A DNA stretch of 64,000 nt from Octopus bimaculoides (lineage: Eukaryota): assembly GCF_001194135.2 (NCBI RefSeq), contig NC_068989.1:70762191-70826190 (forward strand), given 5' to 3'. Shown piece after piece: positions 1-12,125 of this stretch (positions are counted from its first letter, which is position 1; each line of letters starts with the position of its first letter). The notes beneath the pieces were generated by a model, which was not told the origin of the DNA, ran no database searches, and was given only the letters and a program-made list of their open reading frames with translations. A program made the position numbers and the translations under genes.

Positions 1-217
1 CACAGAAGTAATGGAGCATACTGGAAGCAGTATTGACATTAAATATTATTACTTTGGTGGGAAAGAGTTTTGCAAATACAAAAAACAAAAATAGTAAAAA
101 AAAAAAAAGATGAGGGGGGGGGGGAAACTATTTTGTTACCATGTTTCTTTTGAAATACACTGCCTTTATTTCAATCCATTTTGAAAATAATAAAAAATAT
201 AATAGTTTTATTAATAT

Positions 218-425
218 TGGTTTCAAATTTTGGCACAAAGCCAGCAAGTTCAGGGAAGGGGCAAGTTGATTACATCAACCCCAATGCTTAACTGGTACTT
301 ATTTTATTGACACCGAACGATAAAAGGCAAGGTCAACCTCAACAGAATTTCAACTCAGAACATAAAGGCAGATGTAATGCTGCTAAGCATTTTGCCTGGC
401 ATGCTAATGATTCTGCTGGCACTCC
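218..425 (-). mobile_element. tRNA-headed SINE family B, decayed copy
   Basis: Reverse complement aligns by eye to the cleaner copy at 62893-63110 (gctggcagaatcgttagca..ctgagttcaaat..catcctttcggggtcgataaa..gtaccag..ccttgtgcc). Confidence 0.8.
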
Positions 426-511
426 ATCTTTAGCTCTGTTAATATTAATCTGGTGTTTGCAGCATAAACATGAAATTTTGATGCTAAGTTTTAATCTAAA
501 TCACTTTAAAC

Positions 512-726
512 AAGTGGTTCCCAACCATTTTTTGCCTATGGACCATTTTTGATTACTATTTTATTTGGGTGGGCCCTCATAGCCATTCTATGTTTAAAAT
601 ATCCTATACTATTTCTAGAATTAAAAATATTATTAGGAAATGTATTAAGAATTGTTAAATAACCGGTTTATTGCACATGAACTTTTAACATCTCATATGG
701 ACCCAGACTCCGTTTGAGAACCACTA
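512..726. mobile_element. hAT (Charlie-like) MITE
   Basis: TIRs aagtggttcccaacc / gtttgagaaccacta; exact 8-bp TSD CTTTAAAC at 504-511 and 727-734. Confidence 0.85.
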
Positions 727-805
727 CTTTAAACCATAAGTTTGCATCACAGAACCAGAGGTGGTCTTAGGTGGAGGGCCCCTTCACATCCAGTTACTTT
801 CTTAC

Positions 806-892
806 CATTTATCTCTGCAGAATCCACACTGGGAAGTTATCTTTAGAATCCATATCAAATCAAAGAGCGATAAGCAAATGTAAAACAAATTT
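806..892 (-). CDS. Candidate 87-nt internal exon, product unknown (NLFYICLSLFDLIWILKITSQCGFCRDK)
   Basis: Minus-strand acceptor ttttattttatattttatttag and donor ATG|GTAAGA; exactly one open frame; no family recognised. Confidence 0.35.
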
Positions 893-1069
893 CTAAATAA
901 AATATAAAATAAAACGAATACATTCCTAAATATTTGCCCTTGGCTGAATGAGACATTGAGACACACATACACACAAAAATGAGAGAATGACTCAGTTATT
1001 TTATAACCTAAAAACTAGATGTTTAACAAAGACTGACCTTATTCAATTGAAGATATAAATTTATTACAA

Positions 1070-2095
1070 TAATCCTTTCTACTATAGGCACAAGGCCTAA
1101 AATATTTTGCAGGAGGAGACTAGTCGATTACAACAACCCTAGTACTCAAATGAAATTTATTTTATTGACCTTGAAAGGATGAAAGACAAAGTTGACTTCA
1201 GTGGCACTTGAACCCAGAACAACGTAAAGCCAGAAAAAATGCTGCAAAGCATTTTGTTTGGCTTGTTGAGGATTCTGCCAGCTCACCAACCAAAAAAATT
1301 TATTATAACAACAATTCTAATTTTGGCACAAGGCCAGCAATTTTTGAAGACTTAATCTGCTGAGCCAATAATTATTCTATCAACCCTGAAAGGAAGAAAA
1401 GTAAAGATGACTTGAGAAAGAACTGAACTCAGAACGAGGATGTAAAGAATTGGAAAGAATGCCACAAAGCACTTTGTCTGAGGCTCTAACAATTTTGCCA
1501 GCACTCTGCCTTGATATTAATAAATATAGCAATAATAATAATCATTTCTACTGAAGGTACAAGGCCTGAAATTTGTGGGGAGGGGACTAGTTGATTATAT
1601 TGACCTCAGTATGCAACTGGTACTTATTTTATTGACCCCGAAAGGATGAAAGGCAAAGTTGACCTCAGCAGAATTTAAACTGAGAACGTGCAAACAGATG
1701 AAATGCCACAAAGTATTTCGCCTGGCATGCTAATGATAATATTTTCTACTGAAAGCACAAGGCCTGAAATTTGGGGGGAGAGGACTAGACAATTACATTG
1801 ACCCCAGTGTTTCACTGGTACTTATTTTATCGACTCTGAAAGGATGAAAAGCAAAGTTGACTTCAGTGGAATTTGAACTCAGAACATGCAGGCAGACAAA
1901 ATGCTGCCAAGCATTTCACCTGGCATGCTAATGATGATAAGCCTTTCTAATTGTTTGCACAACACCAACAATTTTGAGGGGAGGGAAAAGTTAAGTCGAC
2001 CCCAATACTCAACAGATGTTTTATCCACCCCAAAAGGATGAAAGGCAAAGTCAACTGTGAACCTCAGAATATTTGAACTCAGATCAAATAACATG
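1070..2095 (-). mobile_element. Cluster of five same-orientation SINE family B copies
   Basis: Copies at about 1070-1290, 1310-1510, 1540-1738, 1738-1935 and 1935-2095, each with gcacaaggcc..ttattgaccc..gaaaggatgaaaggcaaagttgac..gaactcagaac. Confidence 0.85.
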
Positions 2096-2369
2096 GAAGA
2101 AACAATATTGAAAAAGAAACCCTGTTCTATTTTCTATTTTTTTTTTTTTAAATAACTTGTTGAGAAATGAAAGGTATGTACATATTTACAAAAAAAAACA
2201 ACAAAAAAAACAACCAGTAAAAACTCATGTAGTTGCTATATATAATCAAAAAACATTTAAAAGTCCTAGACAATTTAGACTGTATCCTCCTTAACAGCAA
2301 GCTGTTGAAGACTTGATCTGTTGAGCCAATAATTAGGGGAAGTACAAGGGTCAGAGGTTACGGTGTTAC

Positions 2370-2409
2370 TGATCTAAATCTGGCCCAAAAGTTATAATAG
2401 TCAGCTGCC
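2370..2409 (-). CDS. Weak candidate exon (GQLTIITFGPDLD, or YRAADYYNFWARFRS with the acceptor 5 nt upstream)
   Basis: Acceptor attcattccagtatag; weak donor GTAACA. Confidence 0.2.
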
Positions 2410-2479
2410 CTATACTGGAATGAATGTATCAAAATAAATATTTTTGTCATGGACATATCTGCTTCAGGAAATAACAGTG

Positions 2480-2615
2480 TCTGAGTGTGAAAGTGAGTGT
2501 AAATGCAAGTGTGAGAGAGGGGGTGAAAGTGCATGAGAGTATGTGGGTGTGTGTGAGAAAGAGAGAGAGAGAAAGAGAGAGAGCAAGTGTGTATGAATAT
2601 AAGAGAGCAAATGGG

Positions 2616-2658
<43 letters not shown>

Positions 2659-2842
2659 CAGAGAGAGAGAGAGCAAGTGTGTGTATGTGTGTATAAGAGA
2701 GAAAGAGTGTGAATGTTTGAGAGATAGGAAGAGAGAGCAAATGTGTGTGTGTGTGAGGGAGAGCAAGAGCGTGTGTATGTATAAGAGAGAGCAAGAATTT
2801 GAGTGAGAGAAAGAGAGAGAAAGCTATTAAGGGTGTGCAAAA

Positions 2843-2878
<36 letters not shown>

Positions 2879-2990
2879 NNNNNNNNNNNNNNNNNNNNNN
2901 NNNNNNNNNNNNNNNNNNNNNNNNNNNNNNNNNNNNNNNNNNNNNNNNNNNNNNNNNNNNNNNNNNNNNNNNNNNNNNNNNNNNNNNNNN

Positions 2991-3021
<31 letters not shown>

Positions 3022-3360
3022 GAGAGCAAGGGCATGAATGTTTGAGAGAAAGAGAGAGATTAAGCTGATATGGGAGAGTAAATGTGTGTGCATGTGAGAG
3101 AGACAGACAGTGTGTGTATGTGTGTAAGAACAACATTGTGTGTATGCATTTGTGCTTGTATAACAGTGCGTAAGAGAAAGAGAGAGAGAGAGAGAATGTG
3201 TGAATGAGAGAAAGAGAGTGTGTGTGCATGTGTGTTTGTGTCTGCATGAATGGGCAAAAGAGAGAGAGAGAGGGAAAGTGTATCTGCATGAATGAGTGAG
3301 AGAGTGTATTTGTGTATATGTTTGCATGAATGGGTGAGCTGTGAGTGTGTGTGTAAAGCA
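2480..3360. repeat. Compound (GA)n/(GT)n low-complexity tract containing a gap at 2879-2990
   Basis: Directly visible dinucleotide repeats. Confidence 0.95.
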
Positions 3361-3662
3361 TACAAAAAGATTAACGTCACAGATAAACACCAAGAACTAA
3401 ATAAACCACTTATCTACCAAAACACATGCAAACAAACAATAGACAATTGAAACAAAAGAAATCATAATTTCATAAGCTCTCTCTCTCTTTCTTTCTTCCA
3501 CTATCTCTTCCCCCCCCTCTCTCTCCTTCTCCCTCTCTCCTTCTCCCTCTCTCCCCTCTAATCTATGAAAAACTGAATGGAGGTGAGAAAAATACATCTT
3601 AATTAGGAAATACAAGAAAATCAAAACAAAATTTTTAATAAAGCAAATATTTATCTAGCACA

Positions 3663-3960
3663 TATCATCATCGACACTTAATGTCCGGCTTTCGATGCTT
3701 GGCATGAATTGGATGGTCCGAGAGGTGGCGAGCCAGAGGACTGCACCAAGCTCAGTTGTCTGCTTGAATTGGTTTCTAAGGCTGAATGTCCTTCCTAATG
3801 CCAACCACTTTACAATGTGTACTGGGTGGGTGCCTTTTACATGTCGCTGGCACCAGTAAGGTCACCAAGTAATTTGTAAGACGAGACCCTTCAGCTGAGA
3901 GAGGGACTAGTGTTGAAGAAAGTGGCTTTAGCTCAACCCTTTGGCCTTGAGCAAAACACA
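3663..3960 (-). mobile_element. SINE family C with (GAT)n tail, probably RTE-mobilised
   Basis: Shared motifs tttaacgtccgctttccatgctagcatgggttgg and ggatgcccttcctaatgccaacc. Other copies at about 8135-8380, 9750-9960, 12680-12945, 17262-17378, 28015-28165, 39535-39630, 42195-42335(+), 43650-43828, 44200-44430(+) and 44680-44890(+). Confidence 0.8.
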
Positions 3961-4424
3961 ATTTCATGTTGCTCCAGTTTACTCATCTGCAGAAATGAGT
4001 TGTGACATCACTGATGCCAAGCTGTATCGACCTTTGCCCTTCCCTTAGATAACACACATAGCTATATGATGGGCTTCTTACAGTTTCCATATGCCAAAGG
4101 CAAAGGCCATGGATTATGGTCTCATTTGGCTTGCTGGGTCTTCTCACACACAGCATATTTCCAAAGGTCGTATATAGGTCACAATTGTGACAGGGTATTG
4201 ACCAGTATTGCTTTTGTGCTTTTGCTAAAGATAAGAGTTAAAATAACTAAAATGTTACTTTAACTCTTATTTTTAGCAAAAGCAGTACTAGTCAGTACCC
4301 TCTGTCACTTTTGTAACCTCTATTAATTTTGCCTTTATATGAAATACTTTATATATATGAAATACTTTATATATATGAAATACTCCATCAGATAGAGAGT
4401 ACATGTTACTGAGATGATCCATAC

Positions 4425-4475
4425 CATAAAATGGGATAAAAATAAAATAAGAATATGTAGAGAGTATAGAGAAAC
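4425..4475 (-). CDS. Candidate 51-nt exon, product unknown
   Basis: Acceptor ttttaatttgcctacacag and donor ATG|GTATGG; all three frames open, but T-rich. Confidence 0.3.
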
Positions 4476-5029
4476 CTGTGTAGGCAAATTAAAATATATA
4501 AATTGTTTTTACACATGAACAGACCATTCAAAAAAAAAAAATTTTTCTTGTGTCTTTTTTGTTTTTTTATATATATAACAACATATGGGATGAATTCTGT
4601 ATGTAGATTATTAATCTCCATCAAACTGAAAAAGCCAATGGTGAGTATATGTTTATTAACATATATACACTCACAGATGATGATGATGATGATGATAATA
4701 ATAATGATAATAATAATAATGATAATAATAATGTTTCCTGTGATTCTTTTTAGTCGTAGAAATTTAGTCTGCTGTTTCTTTTCCTTTGATATATGTGTGT
4801 GTGAGTGTGCATGCGTGTGTGTGTGTTTTGCAAGATTCTTGATGCGAAGTCATATGTTGAAACAGATATTGTTAAGTACGTATGTATGTATGCATGTATA
4901 TCTATATATATCATCATCATGATATATATCTCATCATCATCATCGTCGTTTAACGTCCGCTTTCCACACATATATAACCTCATCATTGCTGGTATATACA
5001 AAGACACACATACACACAAACATGTATGT

Positions 5030-5032
5030 ATG

Positions 5033-5095
<63 letters not shown>

Positions 5096-5655
5096 TAAAC
5101 ACTCTTTTCTTTCCAATATATAGAACATTATGTATTTTGAATGATTACATATATGCACATACAAGCATTTTCAGAAGTGCATGAATGTGAAAGTCCAAGC
5201 GCAAGTTTCTGTACAGACATGCATCTATATGCATACATACATACCCAGGAATGTACTTGTGCATGCATATGTGTATGCATGTGTCAGACAGTCTATGCAC
5301 CCAAATTAGATTTGAGTTAAGTGCATATGTAATGTACGTATGCAAGTTTACACAGCATGTTATGACAGCTGTATTTAACATTTTCACTCAGAGGAATAGC
5401 AGAAAATACTTTCGACAAAATTATATCTTCCCATGCATACGCACAGATACACAAAGTCATACACAACCTTGTGTGTGTGTGTGAATGTGATTTTCTTTCT
5501 GGCTCTCTCTCAAACGCACATATATATATGTGCACACACGCATGCATGTGCGCATATGCACAAGCATACCAATAGTGTCTTCCGAGTTACCTATGCTGTG
5601 CAAATCATATGTTAAGCAAATTAAGCTCCTACTGAGTAAAGTGTGTGCATGTATG

Positions 5656-5696
<41 letters not shown>

Positions 5697-5843
5697 ATGT
5701 ATATATATATATATGTGTGTACACGTGGGCAAATATATGTTTGTGTATGTATATGTGTGTATGTATGTATATATATACATATATATGAAAATATATGTAT
5801 ATGTGCGTATGTATGTGTATATATATGTGAATATATATGTATG

Positions 5844-5920
<77 letters not shown>

Positions 5921-5980
5921 GTGTGTATGTATGTTTGTGCATGTGTGTACACACACACACACCTATATATATATATATTG
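5030..5980. repeat. (TG)n, (TA)n and TATG-type microsatellites
   Basis: Directly visible. Confidence 0.95.
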
Positions 5981-6680
5981 CTTCATTCAAATTTCAAACA
6001 GTGTCTATTAGGGGAAGCTGAGAGACACGGCCTAACGGACACTTGTATATTATCAAGATAGACAAATACTGGTGGTGGTGGTGGTAATAGTAGTAGTAGC
6101 AGCAGCATACAAAATCCCTATGTATGTCTGCGTGCGTGGGAACAATTTTTGTCTCACAGTACCAAAAACCCATTATGCATTAATCCTAGTCCCCACTGGG
6201 TTAACAAACTTAGTGAATGTTACAACAAAGATGGTTGCTCCTCGGATGGTCGCAGTTGTTTAACCACAGGTCAGTCTCAGTCCCACAGACCTATGATCCA
6301 AAACTGTTCCAGACCCATAAATATGCACCTTACTTATTATTTTTATTCAAGTTTATCTAAAATTACTTTACCTAAGGCATTGGTTTTCTTTAATAATATG
6401 GCATGTTGGGATTTGAGGCAATTTTTAGCTGCTGCTTCCAGTGAACAAAAACACCACCATGTACGGTCTCACTGATCGGCTCAGCATAATCTATGATTTA
6501 TTTAGTTCTTACAGTCCACTCAGCTGGACTCCAAACTACATGGTTCCGGGTTCAGTCCCACGACGTGGCACATTGGACAGGTGTCTTCTACTATATTCTT
6601 GGGCCAATCACTATATATATTCTATATATATATGTATACTATATATATATGTATTTATATATGTACATATGTATATGTCT

Positions 6681-6716
<36 letters not shown>

Positions 6717-6719
<3 letters not shown>

Positions 6720-7095
6720 GAGGCGCAATGGCCCAGTGGTTAGGGCAGCGGACTCGCGGTCGTAAGATCGCAGTTTTGATTCCCAGACCGGGCGTTGTGA
6801 GTATTTATTGAGCGAAAACACCTAAACCTCCACGAAGCTCCGGCATGTGGGGTTGTGGCAAACCCTGCTGTATTCTTCCACTACAACTTTCCCTCACTCT
6901 TACTTCCTATTTCTGTTGTACCTGTAATTCATAGGGTCAGCCTTGTCACACTGTGTCACGCTGAATACCCCCGAGAACTACGTTAAGGGCACACATGTCT
7001 GTGGAGTGCTCAGCCACTTGCACGTTAATTTGACGAACAGGCTGTTCCGTTGATCGGATCAACTGGAACCCTCGACGCCGTAAGCAACGGAGTGC

Positions 7096-7102
<7 letters not shown>
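6717..7102 (+). mobile_element. Young full-length tRNA-derived SINE inserted in (TA)n
   Basis: A-box TGGCCCAGTGG, B-box-like GTTTTGATTCC, CpG largely intact, (TA)n on both flanks. The 3' 150 bp is shared with the copy at 15670-15979. Confidence 0.85.
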
Positions 7103-7128
<26 letters not shown>

Positions 7129-7344
7129 GCCTCTCTACAATGTCATTCTAAAAATACACAATGACACCATTGAAATCTATTGAAGCTACAAAATAATCTG
7201 TGATCAATGAAAAAAAAAAAATGTGAATAAATAAACATTACATTTAACAAAGAAATCTGAATACTAAAGGGTTAGATAGAAACCCTAAATAATAAACTGG
7301 GACAATATCACAGTTTGATGGACCTCAGTAGCTGTAGCAGACAC

Positions 7345-7580
7345 GACAGAGGCTTTATATATTTGTTTATTCCAAGGTCAATTTGATCTAACAACCCTTT
7401 GCTTAACAGTATTCCAGTCCTGACTCAAACTCTTTAAGAATGTCTAGGATTATATTATCTAAACCGTCCTTGTACATTTTTTAACAGATAAAAGACAACA
7501 TGAAATAATTTGGAAGAGTTTTAGCTGCTTTTATTTCTAGTAGAGTCATGGTGACAAAAGAAACTCCCCTTGGCCTGGTT
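7345..7580 (+). mobile_element. Dispersed repeat family D
   Basis: Diagnostic motif gagggagatttggctgctatttctagcag. Other copies at about 6250-6500, 20740-20960(-), 23230-23460, 28900-29045(-), 29310-29500, 37720-37910 and 48700-48890. Confidence 0.65.
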
Positions 7581-9959
7581 ATATTTAGTTTATTTGTAGG
7601 ATAACAAGCCAAATTGATCAATTATTTAAATTTGGTACTAATTAGATAATTTTCAGTATTACTACTTCATATATTGTAATCATAAACAGTGTTCCATAAT
7701 AAAGCATTTTTTTTAGTGAGGATCAACAGTACTGGAGATGACTTATAAATAACCAACTGGTGTTTTGGTAACTGTGGAGACTAACTTACACTAACTGACT
7801 AACTAATGACATTTATTCTGAGAATATATTCTGGGAAGCCAGAATTCTTTAATTCTATAAATACTGTAATTAGAGTCGATGATGTTGGAAACGGTTGCGT
7901 AACAACCAGCAACATGGTTGCAGTTAATATTCTCAAAGACCTCAACAGTCCTTTATTAACCAAAAGGTTATCAAGGCTTCAACTTCAAGAATGTGTGCGG
8001 AAAACAAAACAAAAAAAAAACATGGCTCTCTGCTATCATCAACAATGACACACAGAAAGAAACAGCTGCAGAATTCATATCGGGTGATATCTAACAGCAG
8101 GGAGATAGACACAGAATTAAAGATATACATTTAACCCAAACCAATCATCATTATTTGGCATTATTTTAATATCCACTTTTTCATGCTTGGGAATTCCTTG
8201 AAGTAGACTTTCTATGGTTGGATGCCCTTGCAGTCACCAACTCTCATTATTTTTCAAGCAATATTTTGCCATGATAGAAACAGGTTTTCATGAAACACTG
8301 AAAATGAAGGACACTGCTTATATGACAGTGGCACTCATTTACAATTATTATATAATATAAAGACAAGAAAATTCACATACACTGATGATGACACATGTTA
8401 ATTTATGTTCCAATCACCAGCTTAATAATGACAAAATTCTGTTATTAAATTCTTTAATATTTTCAAAATTGCACGAAATAAAGGCAGCATGTTTCAATAG
8501 AAATGTCAATAAAAAGAGTAACTCCATTGTACCAACCCATCAGAGACAGCCTCTGATTCTTTGAAACAAAATTCTTGTTTCAAAGTGATCAAAATTTAAG
8601 TATTCCATCAAAATTTCACGATGATTTATGTTTGCAATACCATCTCTATAATGACAAAGTTATTTTACTAAATTCCTCATTATTTTAAAAATTAAACTGA
8701 AACAAAAGCAGTGTTATATACACAAAAAATATGGTAACAAAAAGGTCTGTGAGTCTCATTCAGAAATGATATCTGTGAGGGCCCAATGCTTTGATATTTT
8801 CTTCTATCTACTTAGACTGTTTTCATAATCTAAAAATGTTCCATCAAAATTTCATGTTCATTTATGTGCCAAACACCAGCTTAATAACGACAAAGTTATT
8901 TTATCAAATTCTTCATTATTTTCAAAATCAACTGAAAGAAAACCAGTGCAATTCAGCCAAAATATGGTAAGAAAAGGGTTTATGTGTCTAAATTGGTTTG
9001 GAATTTCTCCCAACTACTTAAAAGTCTTTCTTTTGTGTAACTAATACCATTGCTGTAGTAATTCTTTCCTCTACCATGTCACAATGCACTTTAATCTTAA
9101 CTTGCCATCGTACATCTACATTAAAATGTCCACACCAAATTAGTCATCGTTTCTTTTACGAATAGCATCTGCACATTTCGAAAAAATTTGATACTTCAAC
9201 AGTATCAATGCACACAATTCCTCCTTTGAGCTAGTAGTAGCACAGTTTGTAAGCAAATAACAGAAATTTGAACTACAAATTTGTAGCTGGCCTTTAACAA
9301 TATAGTAGAAAGAGGGGTAGGGGTGGAGAAAAGAAAAAAGAAACAAACAAACAAACAGTAAGCTAGTAGTGATTGCCATCCCAACAATGCACTGAATTAT
9401 ATGGGAGCATGCATGATCTCCCAATTTCATATCAGTACATGTTAGTCAAATACTATTTATGGTTAAATGTTGTGTACTTAGTTTCAATTTACTAAATGAT
9501 ACAAGGCTTCAGACTCATTCATAAGAGAATTAATGACACACTCTCCACACAAACATATATGTAGATGTAGTAGTAGTAGCAGCAACATGGGAAGCTGTGT
9601 TTATTATCTTTATGAAAAAAGAAAAAAAAAAAAATTAAAATTTTCATTGTTTTGCTTTAATAACTTTACTGCTGCACTGCAGATTTTCAACGATAATTAC
9701 TTTCTTTTCATCGCAGTTTGAATATCAGCAGCATCATTTTTTTTTTTGTCATCGTTGTCCTGGTTTTAATGTCTACTTTTCCAAGCTTGCATGGGTCAGA
9801 TGAGAGCATACATTCGACTAACCAAAGTTTTCTATGGCTTTTCTATGCCTTTTGCTTACAAAGATCATGCAACATGTCAAGAAGCCTGGACATACTTTCC
9901 GCCGTGGACTTGCAAGCAAGCAACACAATCTGTATGAACAGTGATGCAATTGTTTACAA

Positions 9960-10333
9960 TAGGTGCAGGTATGGCTGTGTGGTAAGAAGCTTACTTTCCA
10001 ACCACATGGTTCTGAGTTCAGTCCCACTGCATGGCACCTTGGGCAAGTGTCTTCTACTTGCCTTGTGAGTGGATGTGGTAGATGGAAACTGAAAGAAGCC
10101 TGTCGTATATATGTATGTATGTATGTGTATATGTTTGTGTGTCTGTGTTTGTCCCCCCAACATCGCTTGATAACAGATGGTGGTGTGTTTATGTCCCCGT
10201 AATTTAGCGGTTCGGAAAAAAAGAGACCGATAGAATAAGTACTAGGCTTACAAAGAATAAGTCCTGGGGTCAATTTGCTCGACTAAAGGCGGTGCTCCAG
10301 CATGGCCGCAGTCAAATGACTGAAACAAGTAAA
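9960..10333 (+). mobile_element. Full-length SINE family A (tRNA head, CORE-like middle, internal microsatellite, 3' module)
   Basis: Head ggtgcaggtatggctgtgtggtaagaagc..ggttctgagttcagtccc; CORE-like CCTTGGGCAAGTGTCTT; tail gcggtgctccagcatggccgcagtcaaatgactgaaacaagtaaaa. Further copies at about 6500-6600, 14540-14700(-), 16890-17030, 17665-17820(-), 18200-18520, 24135-24260(-), 27880-28000, 40080-40460, 42345-42490(-), 44455-44595(-), 45585-45740(-), 55325-55545, 56290-56400 and 60145-60285. Confidence 0.9.
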
Positions 10334-11589
10334 ATAGTATATATATATATAGATAGATATCTCAGTATGTATATGCCTTGTACATTATGCATACAAGTGC
10401 ACAGTGGTAAACATACATAAGCAAAACAATCATATTACACAAGAGTATTAAAAGATGGGTTACAGCTCGTGGCATCACGCCACACACAGCTGTGAAAAGC
10501 ATGATTGTCAGTAACTGGATATACCTCAAAATGCTACATCAAGTCTGCCACATAATAAACGGCTGCGAAGAATTGGGTGCAACCCATAACTATTGTTCCA
10601 TTTTCTTCAAATTTTGACTAATTAAAAATTATTTTTTGGAACAGTGAAACTTGAAGCAGATAAAGCTATAAATAATAGCGTGTAAATATTGGGTTAAAAA
10701 CTCTTTGGATAGATAAGTTCAAAGGCTACCCATGGGGCATGTACCCACATCATCCGTAAACATAACAAGCTTTATACCATTGTACTAAAGCAGTCCTTTG
10801 AATTACTTTATCCACTTTGGCAGTTTTATTCTTACCAGCAAAAATTGTATGTTGTTGATGTCAGGAGAATTTATAAGCTTCAAGACGATGTGCAATAATT
10901 CTCTTCAGTTCATTATATCACATCAAATATGGTAACTTGCACCTAATTATACATTCTTGGTGCAGAAGGCACCCTTGGGAAATTTCCTACTGTCATGCAT
11001 TCCATCTAAGCTTTGCAGTATCATGGAAGTTACCATAGCTCTTTTGCGCAGTCTATAAAATGACACTGCCAAAAATGAAGATTCAAAAAGAATTTGGGGA
11101 GGAGATAATCAACAAAGTGTCCAATATTTTAAAAAATTCAAAGATAATCAAATACGCTGCTCAGCATACAAACCCGCCACCCCTCTACTACCTCCATAAA
11201 CACCTGATAATATTCCTGCAATCATTTCATGAAAGGGAGCAGGCAGCATAATAATAGAGATATGATGTGAATGGATGGCATAGTAAATCGATTAAAAAAA
11301 AAAGAAAAAGTGTTTTCAAGTTGAAATATTCTTGATCAGCTCTGCTTAGATAAAAACCATTGTACAGAGAACCAATTAATCAAATGATTAGAAGCAATCC
11401 TCAGATCCAACCTGTGTGTTTATCTCAGTGGTTCTTGACCACTCTTAGCTCAGAACCACATTTCACAGAATGGTGTTTTACAAACAAAGTAATAAAATAA
11501 AATTTAAAAAAAAAAAAGATTATTTTAATCAAACAGGAGCTATTCTGCGCAGTTGTTTATTCTATGTATTTTCTTATACTATGCACAAG

Positions 11590-12125
11590 TGTGGATGCAT
11601 GGTTAAGAAGTTAGCTTTCCAGTCATGAGGTTTGGAGTCCAGTTTCATTGTGTGGTACCTTGGTTGGCCTGAGGCTAACTAGAGCCTTATGAGCGGATTT
11701 GGTAGATGGAAACTGAAAGAAGCCTGTCGTATCTTTTACTTGTTTCAGTTATGAGACCATGGCCATGCTGGGGCAGTGCCTTTAAGAATTTTTAGTCAAA
11801 TGAATTGACCCCAGTACTTATTATTTTTTAAGCCTGCTACTTATTCTATCAGTCTATTTTGCTGAACTGTTAAGTTACAGGGATGTAAATACACTAACAC
11901 CAGTTGTTAAGTGGTGGTGGGAAACAAACACGAAGACGCAAACACACGCACATATTCACATATGGTGGGCTTCTTTCAGTTTCCGTCTACTAAATCCACT
12001 CACAAGGCTTTTAACCAACTCAAGGCTATAAAAGAAGACACTTGCCTAAGGTGTTATGCTGTGGGACTGAACCCAGAACTATATGGTTGGGAAGCAAACT
12101 TCTTATCACTCAGCTACATATGTTT
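11590..12125. mobile_element. Two SINE family A copies in convergent orientation (+ 11590-11730, - 11735-12125)
   Basis: ggatttggtagatggaaactgaaagaagcc on plus, and its complement ttctttcagtttccgtctactaaatcc about 250 bp downstream. Confidence 0.85.

Larger units (their letters stand above)
130..775. mobile_element. Non-autonomous MITE-like repeat (family E) interrupted by a SINE and a hAT MITE
   Basis: Motifs ttgttacc..gaaatacactgcctt..ttttgaaaataat and tttaatctaaatcactttaaac..gaaccagaggtggtctt recur near 8380-8980, 18715-18885, 25370-25670, 26690-26900, 27300-27485, 28495-28600 and 41655-41990. Here the two halves are split by nested insertions. Confidence 0.7.

Noticed and set aside
2358-6061. 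HT/YI/VC/SL-rich ORFs here, and poly-I/M/D/N ORFs at 55979-56200 and 62454-63477
   Set aside because: Translations of microsatellites.
6717-6800. Possible tRNA gene
   Set aside because: Cloverleaf pairing is incomplete and the sequence continues into a SINE body; it is a tRNA-derived head.
7806-8130. ORFs and a splice acceptor in unique-looking sequence
   Set aside because: No convincing donor, stops in most frames and no recognisable protein.
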